Source: Octopus sinensis (lineage: Eukaryota). From it: a stretch of DNA of 64,000 nt. How positions within the stretch are numbered: position 1 is the stretch's first letter; each line of letters begins with the position of its first letter. The stretch spans positions 52,142,001-52,206,000 of the forward strand of contig NC_043003.1 in the NCBI RefSeq assembly GCF_006345805.1, written 5' to 3'. The notes under the pieces are model-generated. The model saw only the letters and a program-made list of their open reading frames with translations. It searched no databases and was not told where the DNA came from. This document shows, in pieces, positions 51,128-64,000 of the stretch. Position numbers and translations under genes: made by a program.

Positions 51128-51780
51128 ACATTATTATTATGGCTGCCCTCTCGTTATCGAGTATGGCCATTGCACGAAGCTTAACTGTTACAGGTTCTGT
51201 GATTGAATGTGACTTTTTAGCCCAGCTAAAGATCTACAATGTCTTGTACAAGATTGGCAACTAAAACCTTTACTGGTAATAGCCGGCTGTAGTTGTAACT
51301 GGGCTTCATGTACCTTTGCATGTCGTTTAAGTCCTCCTGCCGAATTACACTCTCTTCCACATGCCCGACAGATATGATTAGTATGGAGTGTAACACCACC
51401 ACCAGTGGCCAGGTTGTCACTGATCTGTCTCGCTTTATGACAACGAAGATGACTCTTGAGTCCAGCTTTACTGAGGCAGGGTCTTGCACAGACATTGCAT
51501 GTCAGCATCAAAGGAAGACCCTTCTCTTCTGGAAGTGTAACAGTGATGCCCTTCCTGACATCCCTCCTTACTTTCTCATGTGAGATTTTTTCTTTTGAGA
51601 TTTCTCAAAAGTGGCTGGCCCCTCGTGCACAATCCTTCTCCACCTGCTACGATCAAAAGCTATGCCTTCCCATGTGTCAGGAGAGATGCAAGTATCTCTT
51701 AAGGAAGCCTTCAGCAAGTCCTCATACCTCTTTTTTTGGTTTATGTAGAGGTCGTTCTCCTTTAGCTAACTCTCCATAAA
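51128..51780 (-). mobile_element. RTE LINE 3' end with three tandem C2H2-like fingers and a (TAA)n tail
   Basis: YGELAKGERPLHKPKKRYED..WEGIAFDRSRWRRIV, then CNVC..HLRCH, CRAC..HAKVH and CQSC..HIQSQ. Confidence 0.85.
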
Positions 51781-51830
51781 AGAGAGAGACATACTACATA
51801 CATACATACATACATACATACATACATACA

Positions 51831-51861
<31 letters not shown>

Positions 51862-52084
51862 TAATTTCCAACCAAATTTTCATACTGAGGTGCCTTCTAA
51901 CACAATCTACTACTTTCTGAAAAGTTTGTGCTACTTCTTATGAAACTCATTTACCTATTATGGCTTCAATGAACCCATATTTACTCATAAAGCATGGGTC
52001 AACCCGCGGTTAGACAATGACGAACATCTTCAAGTATATGCATATTCATATGTATTTGAAGTTATGTCCGTTATATCTTTTATA

Positions 52085-52481
52085 TTTTAATTTGTTTCGG
52101 TTATTGGACCGTGACCATGCTAGATCACAGCCTTGAAGTGTTTAATGAAACAAATCGAGCCCAGTACTTTTTTTAAAAACTCTGGTGCTTATTCTATCGA
52201 TCTCTTTCGTCGAATTGCTATGTTAGAGAGACATAAAGAAACCAATACCAGCGATGGTAAAGGGAGAACCGATACACACACACACACATGCACATATACA
52301 CATACACACACACACATACATACATATGTGTGTTTGTCAGTGTGTGTGTGTGTGTGTATGTGCGTGTGTGTGTATGTATGTACATTCTTCCATCTTTTAA
52401 ACGCTTCAGCGCAAAGGTTGTGGCTTTGCTGGAGTACACACACACACACATACACGCACATACACACACACACACACACAC

Positions 52482-52545
<64 letters not shown>

Positions 52546-52699
52546 AAGAGAGAGAGAGGCTTCGTTCAGTTTCCGTCCACCAAATCCGTTCTCAAGGCTT
52601 TGGTCGGCCCGAGGCTACAGAGGCTGACGCTTGCCCAAGTTCCTATGCAGTGGGACTGAACCCGGAAGCAAGCCTCTTACCATCACACAGCATGCGCCT
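52085..52699 (-). mobile_element. SINE family B with an expanded internal microsatellite
   Basis: Head and tail motifs flank ~300 bp of (CA)/(TG)/(TA). Confidence 0.8.
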
Positions 52700-52929
52700 A
52701 TATATTTATATATAATGTTAGGCCTCGCAGTTAAACTATTGAGGTATAATGTGAACTAACTCAACTGGTTTCATCTTTCTTGGAACGAACGATTGCAGAG
52801 AAAGTTATACACAGGTGCAGGCGCGGTTGTGTGGTAAGAAGCTTTGCTTCCCATGAGGCTTTGAGACTTCCCATGGTTCTTTGTTGGTGTACCGAAGAAG
52901 TCACGTCGTTCGTGAAAAATTGAACTTTT

Positions 52930-53870
52930 GAGGCTCGACTACAAGTAGGCGTTTGTTTTTTTTTTGTTTTTTTTAGGGCTTAGTGGAGTTTGTTGCCCTG
53001 TATTTAATATTTTTTGGTGAGTAATAGACTCCACTCTGCTCCAGACATTTGCCTGCCTGTGGCTGTCTATAAAGACTCACTTTGCAATGAGAATTGTGTT
53101 TTTGAGGAGGCGTAGACCCACCGCAAAAATTAATTTCTTTGCGAAAATTGTCTTCGTGTCTGTGGATTACCAATGAGTACCAAGGCAGGGAGGACTGTTT
53201 TTGCAAGGTGGACGTGAGTGTGTTGGCTCTGTCCAATATTGAACTGAAAGAAAAAAGAACAACATCAGCATAAGACCGTAGAGGTAGGTGGATTTGTTTT
53301 CGGTTGAGCTGGGTGTAATTTGTCAAATAGTAATTGTTTGTGTGTTGATAAATTTCGCCCAGCTCCGTGGCAATTCTGCCTGCTGTCGGGGGCTGCTGTT
53401 TGTTGTTTTTTGTATTGGAAAAAAAAAAGGTGGGGGATCTTCGCCCGAACTTACTGGATTTTGCCATTGAAACTTGTTGAAGTTGGCCAGGAGTACCTGT
53501 TGGCCATTGATGTTTGCTGTGTGAACTGTTTTTCTTTTCTCTATCCTTCTACTTTTTTCTTTCTTTTTGGAGTTGTTTTTGCGTTTCTTTTGAATTTTAT
53601 TTTAACATGGCAAATGCAAAAAGTGCCTTAGAATGGGAGGTGGTGCCACCTAAGCAATGGATTGAAAGCCTTGAGAGAAGGACGATGGCACTACGGACCT
53701 ATTCTAGGTCGCGTGATGCCATTGCCCTCTTCCTGCTGGCGGCGTGTCATTTGCTTGGGGGTTCCGATGAGGAGGATTGATCTTATAGATTGTGTGTATA
53801 TTGAATAATTTATTATATATATTTGTAATGGACTATTAAGTCCTTAATTGTCGTTTTTTATGAAAAAAAA
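52930..53870 (+). mobile_element. Internally deleted L1/Tx1-like element (UTR + ORF1 start + 3' end + poly A)
   Basis: MANAKSALEWEVVPPKQWIESLERRTMALRT (~53607) parallels MESNAKTA..LVPPE..DRTVVYRT at 7579; A8 at ~53863. Confidence 0.45.
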
Positions 53871-54021
53871 AGAACAATGTTTTAGAGAAGCAAAAAATCG
53901 GAGAGCGTTTTCTGCCTTCTCTCATCAATATCATCCTTGCTTCATCATTCACCTCATCAATGTATATGTCCAGCCCGCAAGCTGCTCTTTGTAATACCTT
54001 TATGGCAAATCTTAATGAAAT

Positions 54022-54145
54022 AAAGTAGCTTGCCTATCAACCACATGGTTCCGAGTTTAGCCCCACTGTGTGGCACCTTCGGCAAGTGTCTTTTCTACTA
54101 TAGCCAGTGGATTTGGTGGGCGGAAACTGAAAGAAGCCCGTCGTG

Positions 54146-54220
<75 letters not shown>

Positions 54221-54240
54221 TGTGTGTGTGTGTGTGTGTG
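54022..54240 (+). mobile_element. SINE family B, 5' half
   Basis: Head and centre run up to the internal (TG)n. Confidence 0.85.
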
Positions 54241-54242
54241 TT

Positions 54243-56220
54243 CCGAATGTCGTCGCTTGCCGTGGTGAAAGAACTTGTGTGCTCCAATGATTCCAAGGGC
54301 GGTGCCATCTGGAGTCTTAGACTCCTGGTAGGGAGTCTATGACACCATGGCGGAAAAGTCGAGGAGGAGGTCCCAGACTAAACACAATCAAAGGCAAGTT
54401 CGAGGATGAAGTCTCAGACTAACAAGACCAAATACCAACATCAAGACCCCAACGATGAAGTATGCAGAGGAGGGCAATCTCAAGCTCTCAAGGATTGATT
54501 CCGGCGGAAGAGAGCAACCCCTGGCGGGCAGGTGTGACGAAGGCGGATAGACTCCGGCAGCTCGCTGTAACCAGCCTCAGCAAGACTACATGTCTCAATT
54601 CTTGAGCCGCAATGGAGAAGTTCCTGGCCAAGTACGCGTGCGTGGCTGTCGCGCAGTCACGATCACCTCAAACAATTTACTCAGCGACTGGCTTCGTCTT
54701 TCTACTCTTTGAAACTCAAAAACAAAACTCCAATAGTATCGCGAGCGCCGGGGGAAGGTCTGAAAAACTGGAAGCCTCTAGTCCGTGACCACTCATTGGC
54801 AGCGAATCTTAAATGGTCGCTCTCCAATGAATAGCCGTGACATTGGTGTTCGACAGCTAGACTCGTGATTGGGATGACCTCTTTAGAATTACCGCAGTCC
54901 ACCCCTTAAGGGGGAGCCCCTACAAAAAGGTGGGGTAAACATCGGATACGGCAACTCGATCTGGCCAACATACCGCGGCTGGCGGACCTCCCACTCAGCG
55001 GTTGGAACTCTACTTCTACTCATCCATCATCGACTACTAAATCCCTTTTTTCACAACCTCTCACTTTCAGGGCCTTGAACATCCGCACTCTCCAGGACAA
55101 GAGTGACATTAATCATCTGGAGCGACGTAAGCCCTCGTTGGCAAGGAACTTGGCCACTTCCACATCAATGTGGTAGCCTTGAGCGAGACTAGGCTTCCCA
55201 GAAAGGCAGTATCAGAGAAGCTGGCTCTAAATACACCATTTTCTGGAAAGAGAAGAATCCTAAAGAACCACGCATCCATGGAGTTGGTCTTGCCATCGAA
55301 ACGAAACTCGTGGACTAACACAGACTCGTCCCAACTGCTGTCAGCAAGCACCTGATGCCTGCTTGGATCCCGCTCTTTCGAGACAGATACCTTACGCTGA
55401 TCTCTGTGTACGCCCCTACCCTCAGATCTGAAGAATACGTCAAGGCTTTGTTCTACAACCTGCTGGACCGCAACATCCAGACAGTCCCCGCGCATGACAA
55501 ACTCGTCGTGTTGGGGGACTTTAACAGCAGAGTTAGCAGTGACCATTGTCTATGGAAAGGCATTCTCGGTCATCATGGCATTGGGAAATGCAATGCCAAT
55601 GGCTAGCTCCTTCTGAGCCTTTGCGTCGAGCACAAACTCGTCATCACTAACTCCCTATTTTATCACCCTACCCGACAAAAGATGACCTGGAAACACCCAC
55701 GGTCTCAATACTGGCACATCCTCGAGGCACGATTCAAGGACAGACGAAATGTACGTATCACCCGTTCCATGCCTAGTGCAGATGGCTGCTGGACGGATCA
55801 CCGCCTTCTTATTTCTCGCCTTGACATCAAGATCCGCCGTCCATCAAAGCGGGTCTTACTTAGCAAACATCCCTTGCCGACACTTGGACTGCGCCAAACA
55901 CCGGAACTCACAGGCATCCCAAGACTTTAGGGACTTCATTGAGAGACACCTGATGGACCTCCCAGAGCCGACCTCCATTGAGGACCAGCCTTCTAGAAGC
56001 CATGACCGCTGCCGCCGAGGAGACGATTGGCTTTGCCCGGGAGAAGAACCAAGACTGGTTTGACGAGAATAATGAAACCATCTCCCGTCTTATCGAAGCC
56101 AAACGCAGTTCACCTTCGAGAACCATGCCACTGCGGAGAATAAACAAAAACAAACATCTGCCGAGGAGACTGGATAGAAACTGACGAACCCTGTGCTTGG
56201 ATACGAGCTGGAGCCGACGA
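54243..56220 (+). mobile_element. RTE LINE 5' half (5' UTR + APE endonuclease), 3' part missing
   Basis: Expander/RTE-type 5' end CTTGCCGTGGTG..CTTGTGTGCTCCAATGATT; ALNIRTL, VALSETR, LISVYAPT, VVLGDFN, TWKHPRS, CWTDHRLL and DWFDENN. Confidence 0.9.
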
Positions 56221-56221
56221 C

Positions 56222-56450
56222 GGTGTATGTGTGCATACGTTTGTGTGTCTGTGTTTGTCCCTCCACTATTGCTTGCCAACCGATGTTGGTGTGTTTATGT
56301 CTCCGTAACTTAGCGGTTCGGCAAAAAAAATCCCATAAAATAAGTACTAGGCTGACAAAGAACAAGTCTTGGGGTCGATTTGTTCGACAAAAGGCGGTGC
56401 TCCAGCATGGCCGCAGTCAAGTAACGGAAACAAGTAAAAGAATAAAAGAA
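56222..56450 (+). mobile_element. SINE family B, 3' half
   Basis: Resumes at the internal (TG) region and runs to the AAAAGAAT tail. Confidence 0.88.
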
Positions 56451-56839
56451 AAACAATATGAACATGTAAACGAGATTGCGAACAGTGCAACTCTTGAATG
56501 TAATACCACAAGGTTCACGGCCGGACATTATTTACAAGGATAACCAACACAACGTAGATTATGAATAAAAATGAAAACGTAAGTCATATCAGTATTTTAG
56601 TCTCACTGTGAAATTTGACCCTCGTGGTTAATATATACATTTTTAGGTTTGGAATCTTGACAGACCTTTTGAGACATGTGGTACAGTGAACTATTAGCAT
56701 TGTGAAGAACTGATAAGCAGAGGAGAGTCCCCCAGATGAGGTAAAACATCTGATCAAGTGACGTCACGATAGCTTTGCTTAGCGTAAAATAGTCACTTGG
56801 TTAAGTATGATGATGATAGACGTGAGGAAATGGGAGAAC

Positions 56840-57048
56840 ACCGCCGTGCGTATATACGTAAGAGTGCACGCGTATGTGTATGCGGGGTACGCATGTGCGT
56901 GCGTGCGTGCGTGCGTGCGTGTGTGCTTGTGTGCGTGCTTGTATACGTGTGTGCGAGTGTTCGCGTTTAGGCTTGTCTGAGACCTACATACATCGAATTT
57001 AGCATGTAAATTATATGTATGTGTATGCAAGCATATATGTATGCATGA

Positions 57049-57091
<43 letters not shown>

Positions 57092-57157
57092 ATATTATAT
57101 ATATATATAATATATATATACATTCATGCATACATATATGCTTGCATATACACACAC

Positions 57158-57237
<80 letters not shown>

Positions 57238-57499
57238 GCGAGTATGTGTTTTGTGTGTGTGTATCTATATGCGTGGACACGAATACGCAAACACGCGCGC
57301 GCACAGGCGTCCATACATGTATATAATTCCCGTACACATTCATTCTCACGTACATGTACACACAAACACTTACAACCACTCAGACATAGGTACATAATAC
57401 ATACATACATACATACATACACACACACATACATACACACATACACATACATGCATACATATATACATACATGCATACATACATACATACATACATACA

Positions 57500-57535
<36 letters not shown>

Positions 57536-57945
57536 TTCATACATACACATACACATACATACGCATACCACACTCACATACATATGCACGCATGCATGCA
57601 TACATACATACATACATACATACATGCATACACACACATACATACAATACACTGATGCATACATACATGTACATACATACAGTCATACACACATGCATAC
57701 AGTCATACATACATACATACATACATACATACAGTCATACATACATTACATATGGACATACATACATATACCTACACATACATACGCATACACACACTCA
57801 CATACATGTACATACATACATACATACATACATACATACATACATACATACATACATACACACACACACATACATACATACATACATACATACATACATA
57901 CATACACACACACACATACATACATACACGCATACGTACGTACAT
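56840..57945. repeat. Long compound (TG)/(AT)/(CA)/(ACAT)n array
   Basis: Direct reading; source of the many spurious ORFs. Confidence 0.97.
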
Positions 57946-58340
57946 CAGCTACTAAACATAAACAAGATGTGGCAGGTAAGGAATTTTTTATCTCGTTGGG
58001 TGGTCGGCAGCGTAAAGAGAGCCAGAGCCAAGAGGCCACTCACTGACAAACAGCACCTCAAGCAAAGCAACAACTGCCATTAAAGTTTGTCATCCTATCT
58101 GACAAACATACTTGATGGTCGCCTCTTATCTGATTGTAGTTTTACTGGCTGCACTGACACTGCAGCTGCTTGCTTTACTAGACAACATCTATGTTTCTGT
58201 CTTATCGCACATTTGCAAATGTATGATGCAGGCGTGGCACAAATAGCTTTCAAAGCATGTATGAATGCGCGCGCGTGTGTGTGCGTGTGTGTATGTGTGT
58301 ATGTGAGTGTGTGTGTGAAGGCGAGTCTTTGTGCATCTGC

Positions 58341-58385
<45 letters not shown>

Positions 58386-58504
58386 CAGCCGAAATTGCGA
58401 GGATAATCTGGTGCTTGACTGAGGAAAGAAAACTTCAAATGACCCGTCCTTGTTTTTTTGTATCGTCTATCTGGATGTTTTGTTGTCCCATTTTGTATTT
58501 ATAC

Positions 58505-58541
<37 letters not shown>

Positions 58542-58708
58542 ATATTCTCTTATTCTCTTGTAGGTTTCAGTCCAATGACTGTGGCCATGCTGGAGCACCG
58601 CCATTGTAATCATCTTTCCACTTCTCACCTTTGTCGGAGCGGCTTCTGGTGAAGGATGGAGTTCGATGCTACTGCCCTCTTTTGAGTTTCTTGCTTAGAT
58701 AATGGCTC

Positions 58709-58748
<40 letters not shown>

Positions 58749-59361
58749 TGTGTGTTTCGATCTACATATATGTGTATATAGTAAGCGGAATTTTCAAAAA
58801 GCGAACAAGAAGACCACGGCACAATAAAGGATTCAATACACACACCCACACACACACACACAAATATTTATTTATCTTCAATCTTTTATTTGTTTCAGTC
58901 ATTGGACTGTGACCATGCTTGAGCACCGCTGTGACGTGTATACACGAACAAATCAAGCCTAGAACATTTTTTTTAAAGTCTGATAATTATCCTATTGGAA
59001 TCTTTTTATGAAATTTTGCCATACAGGAATAGATTGGACGAAGAGGTTCGGTAAAATACTCTCATCGATCATCGAAACTCACACCACTAAATTTTTTTTT
59101 TTTTTTGAGATTCTTAAAAGATAAAACTTATCGGTGCGAAACCGGCAACAGGAGATGATTTGAGGGGAACCGATGAACGAAAATGCGCACAAATACCGAA
59201 CGAAATGTTCACTGTTGCTTGTGATTTCATTGCTCCGTTTTATCAGCATTCATGAAATAATTCAATTCTGTCTGTAGATTCCACCAAATTTTGAAACTGC
59301 CTTTATAGTCATTCACTGTGACGGGATGAACACAGATCACATATATGTTGAACTATTGATT

Positions 59362-59570
59362 TCAAATTTTGGCACAAGGTCAGCAGTTTCAGGGGAGTGG
59401 GTAAGTCGATTACATCAACCTCAGTGTTTAACTGGTACTTATTTTGTAGCCCCCGAAAGGATGAAAAACAAAGTCGACCTCGGCGGAATTCGAATTCAGA
59501 ACATAAAGACGGACGAAATGCCGCAAAGCATTTTACCTGGTATGTTGACGATTCTGCCATCTCGTTGCCT
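59362..59570 (-). mobile_element. SINE family A, degenerate
   Basis: CCCCGAAAGGATGAAA..AAAGTCGACCTCGGCGGAATT. Confidence 0.8.
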
Positions 59571-59931
59571 TAATATGTTGCAGCATTACAAAATCATTTA
59601 TATTCATGATATATGTGAACTACACACTGTTGAAACGATCGTAATGTATTATACTCAGCGACTAATACATTGTTCCCGGAATATTAGTTTGTTTGGAACG
59701 GTTTCAAAGGAAAATTCTGTTTCTATGCACTTTGTTAGCCAGTTTTTGCAAGAGTATTGACTGGGAAAACCGCTCGGATTTCTAACCCTCGTTAAGCTGA
59801 TGTGTGTGTACATGTATGTATGCATGTATGTATGTATGTATGTATGTATGTATGTATGTATGTATGTATGTATGTATGTATGTATGTATGTATGTGTATG
59901 AGCGTGTGTGTATATGTATGTACACATATTC

Positions 59932-59963
<32 letters not shown>

Positions 59964-60028
59964 TTATGTATATAAATATATATATATATATATATGTATA
60001 CTCATATATATTTATATATATGTATAGG

Positions 60029-60095
<67 letters not shown>

Positions 60096-60569
60096 GCATG
60101 TGTGTATGTATGCATATATGTATGTATATTTGTAGTATTTTATCTGCCTCCCTTTGGGAGTTATACAAATCTACAATATAGGATTTCTTCAATTACAATT
60201 TACCTAGCAGTTTTGAGAGTACAATGCATCGCGTCATGCCAGGTCCAGTTTTTAAAATTTAAACTCCAATTAAGCAAAATTTACAGAAAACTCACATTCT
60301 GGTGTGTGTGTCAAATGCTTTTCTTAGTCTGGTTTACACCACACGCAAACGCACACACACAGTGGGCAACGAATAAAATGAAAGTAAATGTAATATTTGT
60401 TTCTGTCTATCACGCTGATAGATACATGAGTAAAATGTATGGGAAGCTAACAGATAACAGTGAGTGAAAATGTTCTTGGAAGAGAGTAAATTAGCGACAG
60501 TGATTTGAGGAAGACTAAACTGAAACTATGAAACAGTGTTTATGTATAAACAGACGACACTTATATAAA

Positions 60570-60880
60570 CCCTTTCGTTACCAAACCGCCCGAATTTACC
60601 TATTCATATTTAAATGAGAATATCAGAGTAAATCTCTTTAGTACATTCGTGAAAACACGTATTATACTTCGTAAACACTTCAAATACAGTTTTGTACAAA
60701 AATCGAAGTGTAATTTTAATTCCGTGAATTATGGGAGATTTTTTTCCGAAATTTGTTCCTATTGTGTCTTCAAAATTTGTAATTCTGACAAAAAATGGAT
60801 ACGAATTTCATTATATCAAGCAGCGAGTCAGAATTCGAAGGATTTTCTACTGAAGACCTTCATAAATCTAACTCTATGAC
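60570..60880 (+). mobile_element. piggyBac-like left end
   Basis: TAAA|CCCTTTCGTTACC; acidic N-terminus SSSESEFEGFSTED. Confidence 0.5.
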
Positions 60881-60895
60881 TGAAAAAAAAAAGCA

Positions 60896-61290
60896 TCTTT
60901 ATATAAGAGTGAAGTTGTGTGTCTGTCCCCTTCGATTTACATTCGTAATTACTCCCACATTTTGCGGTGCAGTTTAACCAAAAGCGGGTATCTTATAGTC
61001 GTGATTCATATCGAGCCCTTCTGGGTATTAGCGCGCGTCTACGATGAGTCTACGATTTTAAAAAAATTTACCATCATATTTTTCCATTTTAATGCATTTT
61101 TTTCGCTTTTATATAAGGGAAGTAACTCTCTAAAAATATCTACGATGTGTCAACGATTTAAAAAAATTTACCTTAATTTTTTTTCAATTTTTAATGCATT
61201 TTTTTTGCTATTTTTTGGCTATAACTCTCTAAAAATGCTTATATAGTTATTTCCCTTACAAACCCGAGCAACGCCGGGCGATACTGCTAG
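60896..61290 (+). mobile_element. Complete non-autonomous Helitron (395 bp)
   Basis: A|TC...hairpin CCCGAGCAACGCCGGG...CTAG|T. Confidence 0.85.
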
Positions 61291-61387
61291 TATATACATA
61301 TATATGTATATATACATATATATATCTTTATGTATATAAATATATAATGTACGTATATATATATACGTATAGGTATACATACATGCA

Positions 61388-61439
<52 letters not shown>

Positions 61440-62589
61440 TGCGTGCGCGCTCGCGTGTGCGTGTGTGTGTGCAAACCAAATCTAATACACACAAAAACAA
61501 ACAAGACAGAAAGCTAGAATCTAAGCAACACACAAACAAAAGCAAACAACATAACGAAGAAGAAACAACTAAAAAAAAAATATATATATATTCTAAAAGA
61601 ATGCAGGAGCCGTAAGATATTCCATTTCAACAACACCTGTGTTTGACAACTTTGAAATCAAGCTTGATTTTATTTTATTCTATAATTTATTTTTTTATTA
61701 ACTTACCTGAATTTACATGGTTCGTTTAAAGCTGACCCGGGATGGCGACAGATTATGGTGGCGTAGGGAAGGGGAAGGATGGTGTCGACAAACATGATAA
61801 CATTGATGGGGGAGGCAATTGTGATGGTGGTGGTGGTGGTGGTGGTAGTGGTGGTGGTGGTGGTGGTGTTGGTAGCGGGAGCGTTTCGTTTTTTTTGTAT
61901 TCAATTCCGAATGCCGATACTTCACTAAACATACGCTCACCCCACCCACAACACACACATGCCATTCACACACACACATACACACACTTGCACACGCAAA
62001 CATACAAGGTTATATGTACGAGTATATAGTTAGGTATACATGCATATACATACATATATGTGTGTGTGTGTGTTTTTACGTATATATGCATGAATATATG
62101 TACATATGTGTGTGTGTATATATGTGTGTGTATACATATATATATACACACACACACATACATACACATAAACATATACACCCACACCCACACATACACA
62201 TATATACATACACAAACACACGCCGTCGTTATCTATGCTACGTCACCCACACTATCACCATGCATGTGATCATTGAATCTGTTGGAAATAGCAATCCAAT
62301 CTCCCTCAATTCATACTTTTCAACCCTAAAAATAATGTAGCTGTAGATTCATTACGCCGAAAAATAAGATGTGATTGCCATGGATGGAATACATTTGCTC
62401 ATAGATCTGCTTGGTCAGAACCGAGGACGAAGTTGTACATCAACAACAACCTCCGCCAGAAAATTATATCTGGTTTCTTCATAACCAGCTATGTGGCTGT
62501 TTCGACCTCGTAGAAATAGTAGTTAAATCTTCCTCAACCCACAGGGGTTTGTCTTAGTGAAAAGAAGAATACATTAAAGAATGTCTGAA

Positions 62590-64000
62590 GAGTGGACCCC
62601 CGTATGCGGTTTAGTGTTCGACTCGACACTCTTCCGGTTGCTCCTGCAACCAAGCTGGTGCCAAACATAATGCTCTTCACTCCTTTGGACTACGTCAGCA
62701 AAACCAAGAGAGGAATCCTGACGATTGGGCTACCCAGGATTGTCTTACATCTAGCCCAAGCCTGCGCAAAACTGGAGAGTAAAGTGAAGAGGACATGAAA
62801 TGTAAAAACCATACTGGATCAGTTTATGCGCAACTCCATTGTCTCCCGAAACAAAACGATGCCAACAATGTATGTATGTATGTATGTATGTATGTATGTA
62901 TGTATGTATGTATGTATGTATGTATGTACGTACGTACGTACGTATTTATATGTATCATTCAATAAAGAAGAATAACCAGACACTATAAAAAGGACTCGAT
63001 GCAGACGAATGGATTGAATCATATAATTTAGTTTAAAAAGTTAAATTCTACGCATGTAGAATAATTGGCTGGATCGAAATAACCAGGAAATCCAGAACTT
63101 GCTACTTGAAAAGATATATGCCTACCAGACACCTGTTTTGTTAAGAAAGCAGCCTTTTGTTGTGCGTACAGCAACCTCCGGTGCAAGTTTCGTGAGATTC
63201 AGAACGTGTGGTAGACCAGCCTTGCAATAAGAACTCAGTTTTGTACTAGTATTAGAAGGCTTTTATGAAGCTCGCGAAGCGCAGACAAACAAGCATCCTT
63301 TACAGACAAGACAACCATCCTGAACTAATGGTTGGAGCATTTCTAAGCCCTTCTCAGCACCAACCGTATGGTCCGTAATTCGGTATTTTACTGCATCTTG
63401 CTACAACCGGAGGAAACACCTGGACGAGATTCAAACCATCAACGGGACTGCCAAAGCTATAGAGCAGTTGAAAAGTTGTAAGATAGTAGGTTGATGAAAT
63501 TCCAGCTGACATTTGGAAGAATGAAATCTACATTGCATACTAAGCTTCATCAGTTCATTATCTGCTTCTGGGAATAAAATCAAACTACCACTAGATCTTT
63601 GTAATGTCGTCGTTATTTTACAAGATGCATGGGGCGAGGAGACAGATAGCTCCTACTACTGGAGTACAACACAGCTCTTCCTCGCAAGAAGAATCTTGTG
63701 TAACTTTGAAAAAGACTAGTATGTGTCATTGTGGATGAACACCTCCCAATGTGAATTCGAAGCCAACAAGAGCATCATTGACATAGCATTTGTTCTTAGT
63801 CAACTGCAAGAAAAATGCAGCGAACAGAATAAGAATCTGTTCGTGAAGTTTGCAGACCTTAGAAAAGGGTTCGACAGTGAACAGGAAGGGTTTGTGAATA
63901 ATTTTCGAACGACTAAGCCGTCCCTCCCCAATTCTTCAACGTGGTTCTTCAGCTATATGAGAATCAGCATGGACAAGTCAAATACAACAACAAAATCTCT
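62590..64000 (+). mobile_element. RTE (BovB-like) LINE relic: 5' region, APE deleted, linker and RT start; runs off the window
   Basis: LVP..FTPLD..LHLAQACA; KKAAF..KFREIQN; QLQEKCSEQNKNL..FADLRKGFD. Confidence 0.85.

Noticed and set aside
51188-51511. Host C2H2 zinc-finger gene exon
   Set aside because: It is contiguous with the RTE C-terminal sequence and ends at the (TAA)n tail; the linkers are not TGEKP-type.
2390-62340. Dozens of ORF-track entries rich in YI, HT, VC, LS, poly-V/L/T/H, including the 344-aa ORF at 57049-58083
   Set aside because: They are translations of di-, tri- and tetranucleotide microsatellites that lack stop codons; there is no domain content.
56100-63300. Joining the RTE halves at 54243-56220 and 63120-64000 into one element
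   Set aside because: The second has its own, different 5' region (62590-62800), so the two are separate insertions.

Overview
Gene-poor, AT-rich eukaryotic DNA made almost entirely of microsatellites and decayed transposable elements. The repeat landscape (abundant tRNA-derived SINEs with internal (TG)n/(AT)n, Penelope relics, (ACAT)n tracts) suggests a cephalopod, probably Octopus; this is inference and was not database-checked. No intact host gene or intact autonomous element is visible, and most ORF-track entries are microsatellite translations. Recognisable content: several tRNA-derived SINE families; relics of Penelope-like elements (PLE), RTE, R4 and L1/Tx1 retrotransposons; hAT, piggyBac, Tc1/pogo and Helitron non-autonomous elements; and an internally deleted Academ-like transposon. 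The most notable signal is four minimal type I hammerhead ribozyme motifs from three unrelated sequence contexts. Two of them lie in 156-bp inverted arms around a tRNA-derived Pol III head (5766-6240), which predicts a ~330-nt Pol III RNA that carries its own hammerhead. There are also several ~300-bp fold-back elements and a PLE with a twin-priming-like inversion. Coordinates of degenerate elements are approximate.
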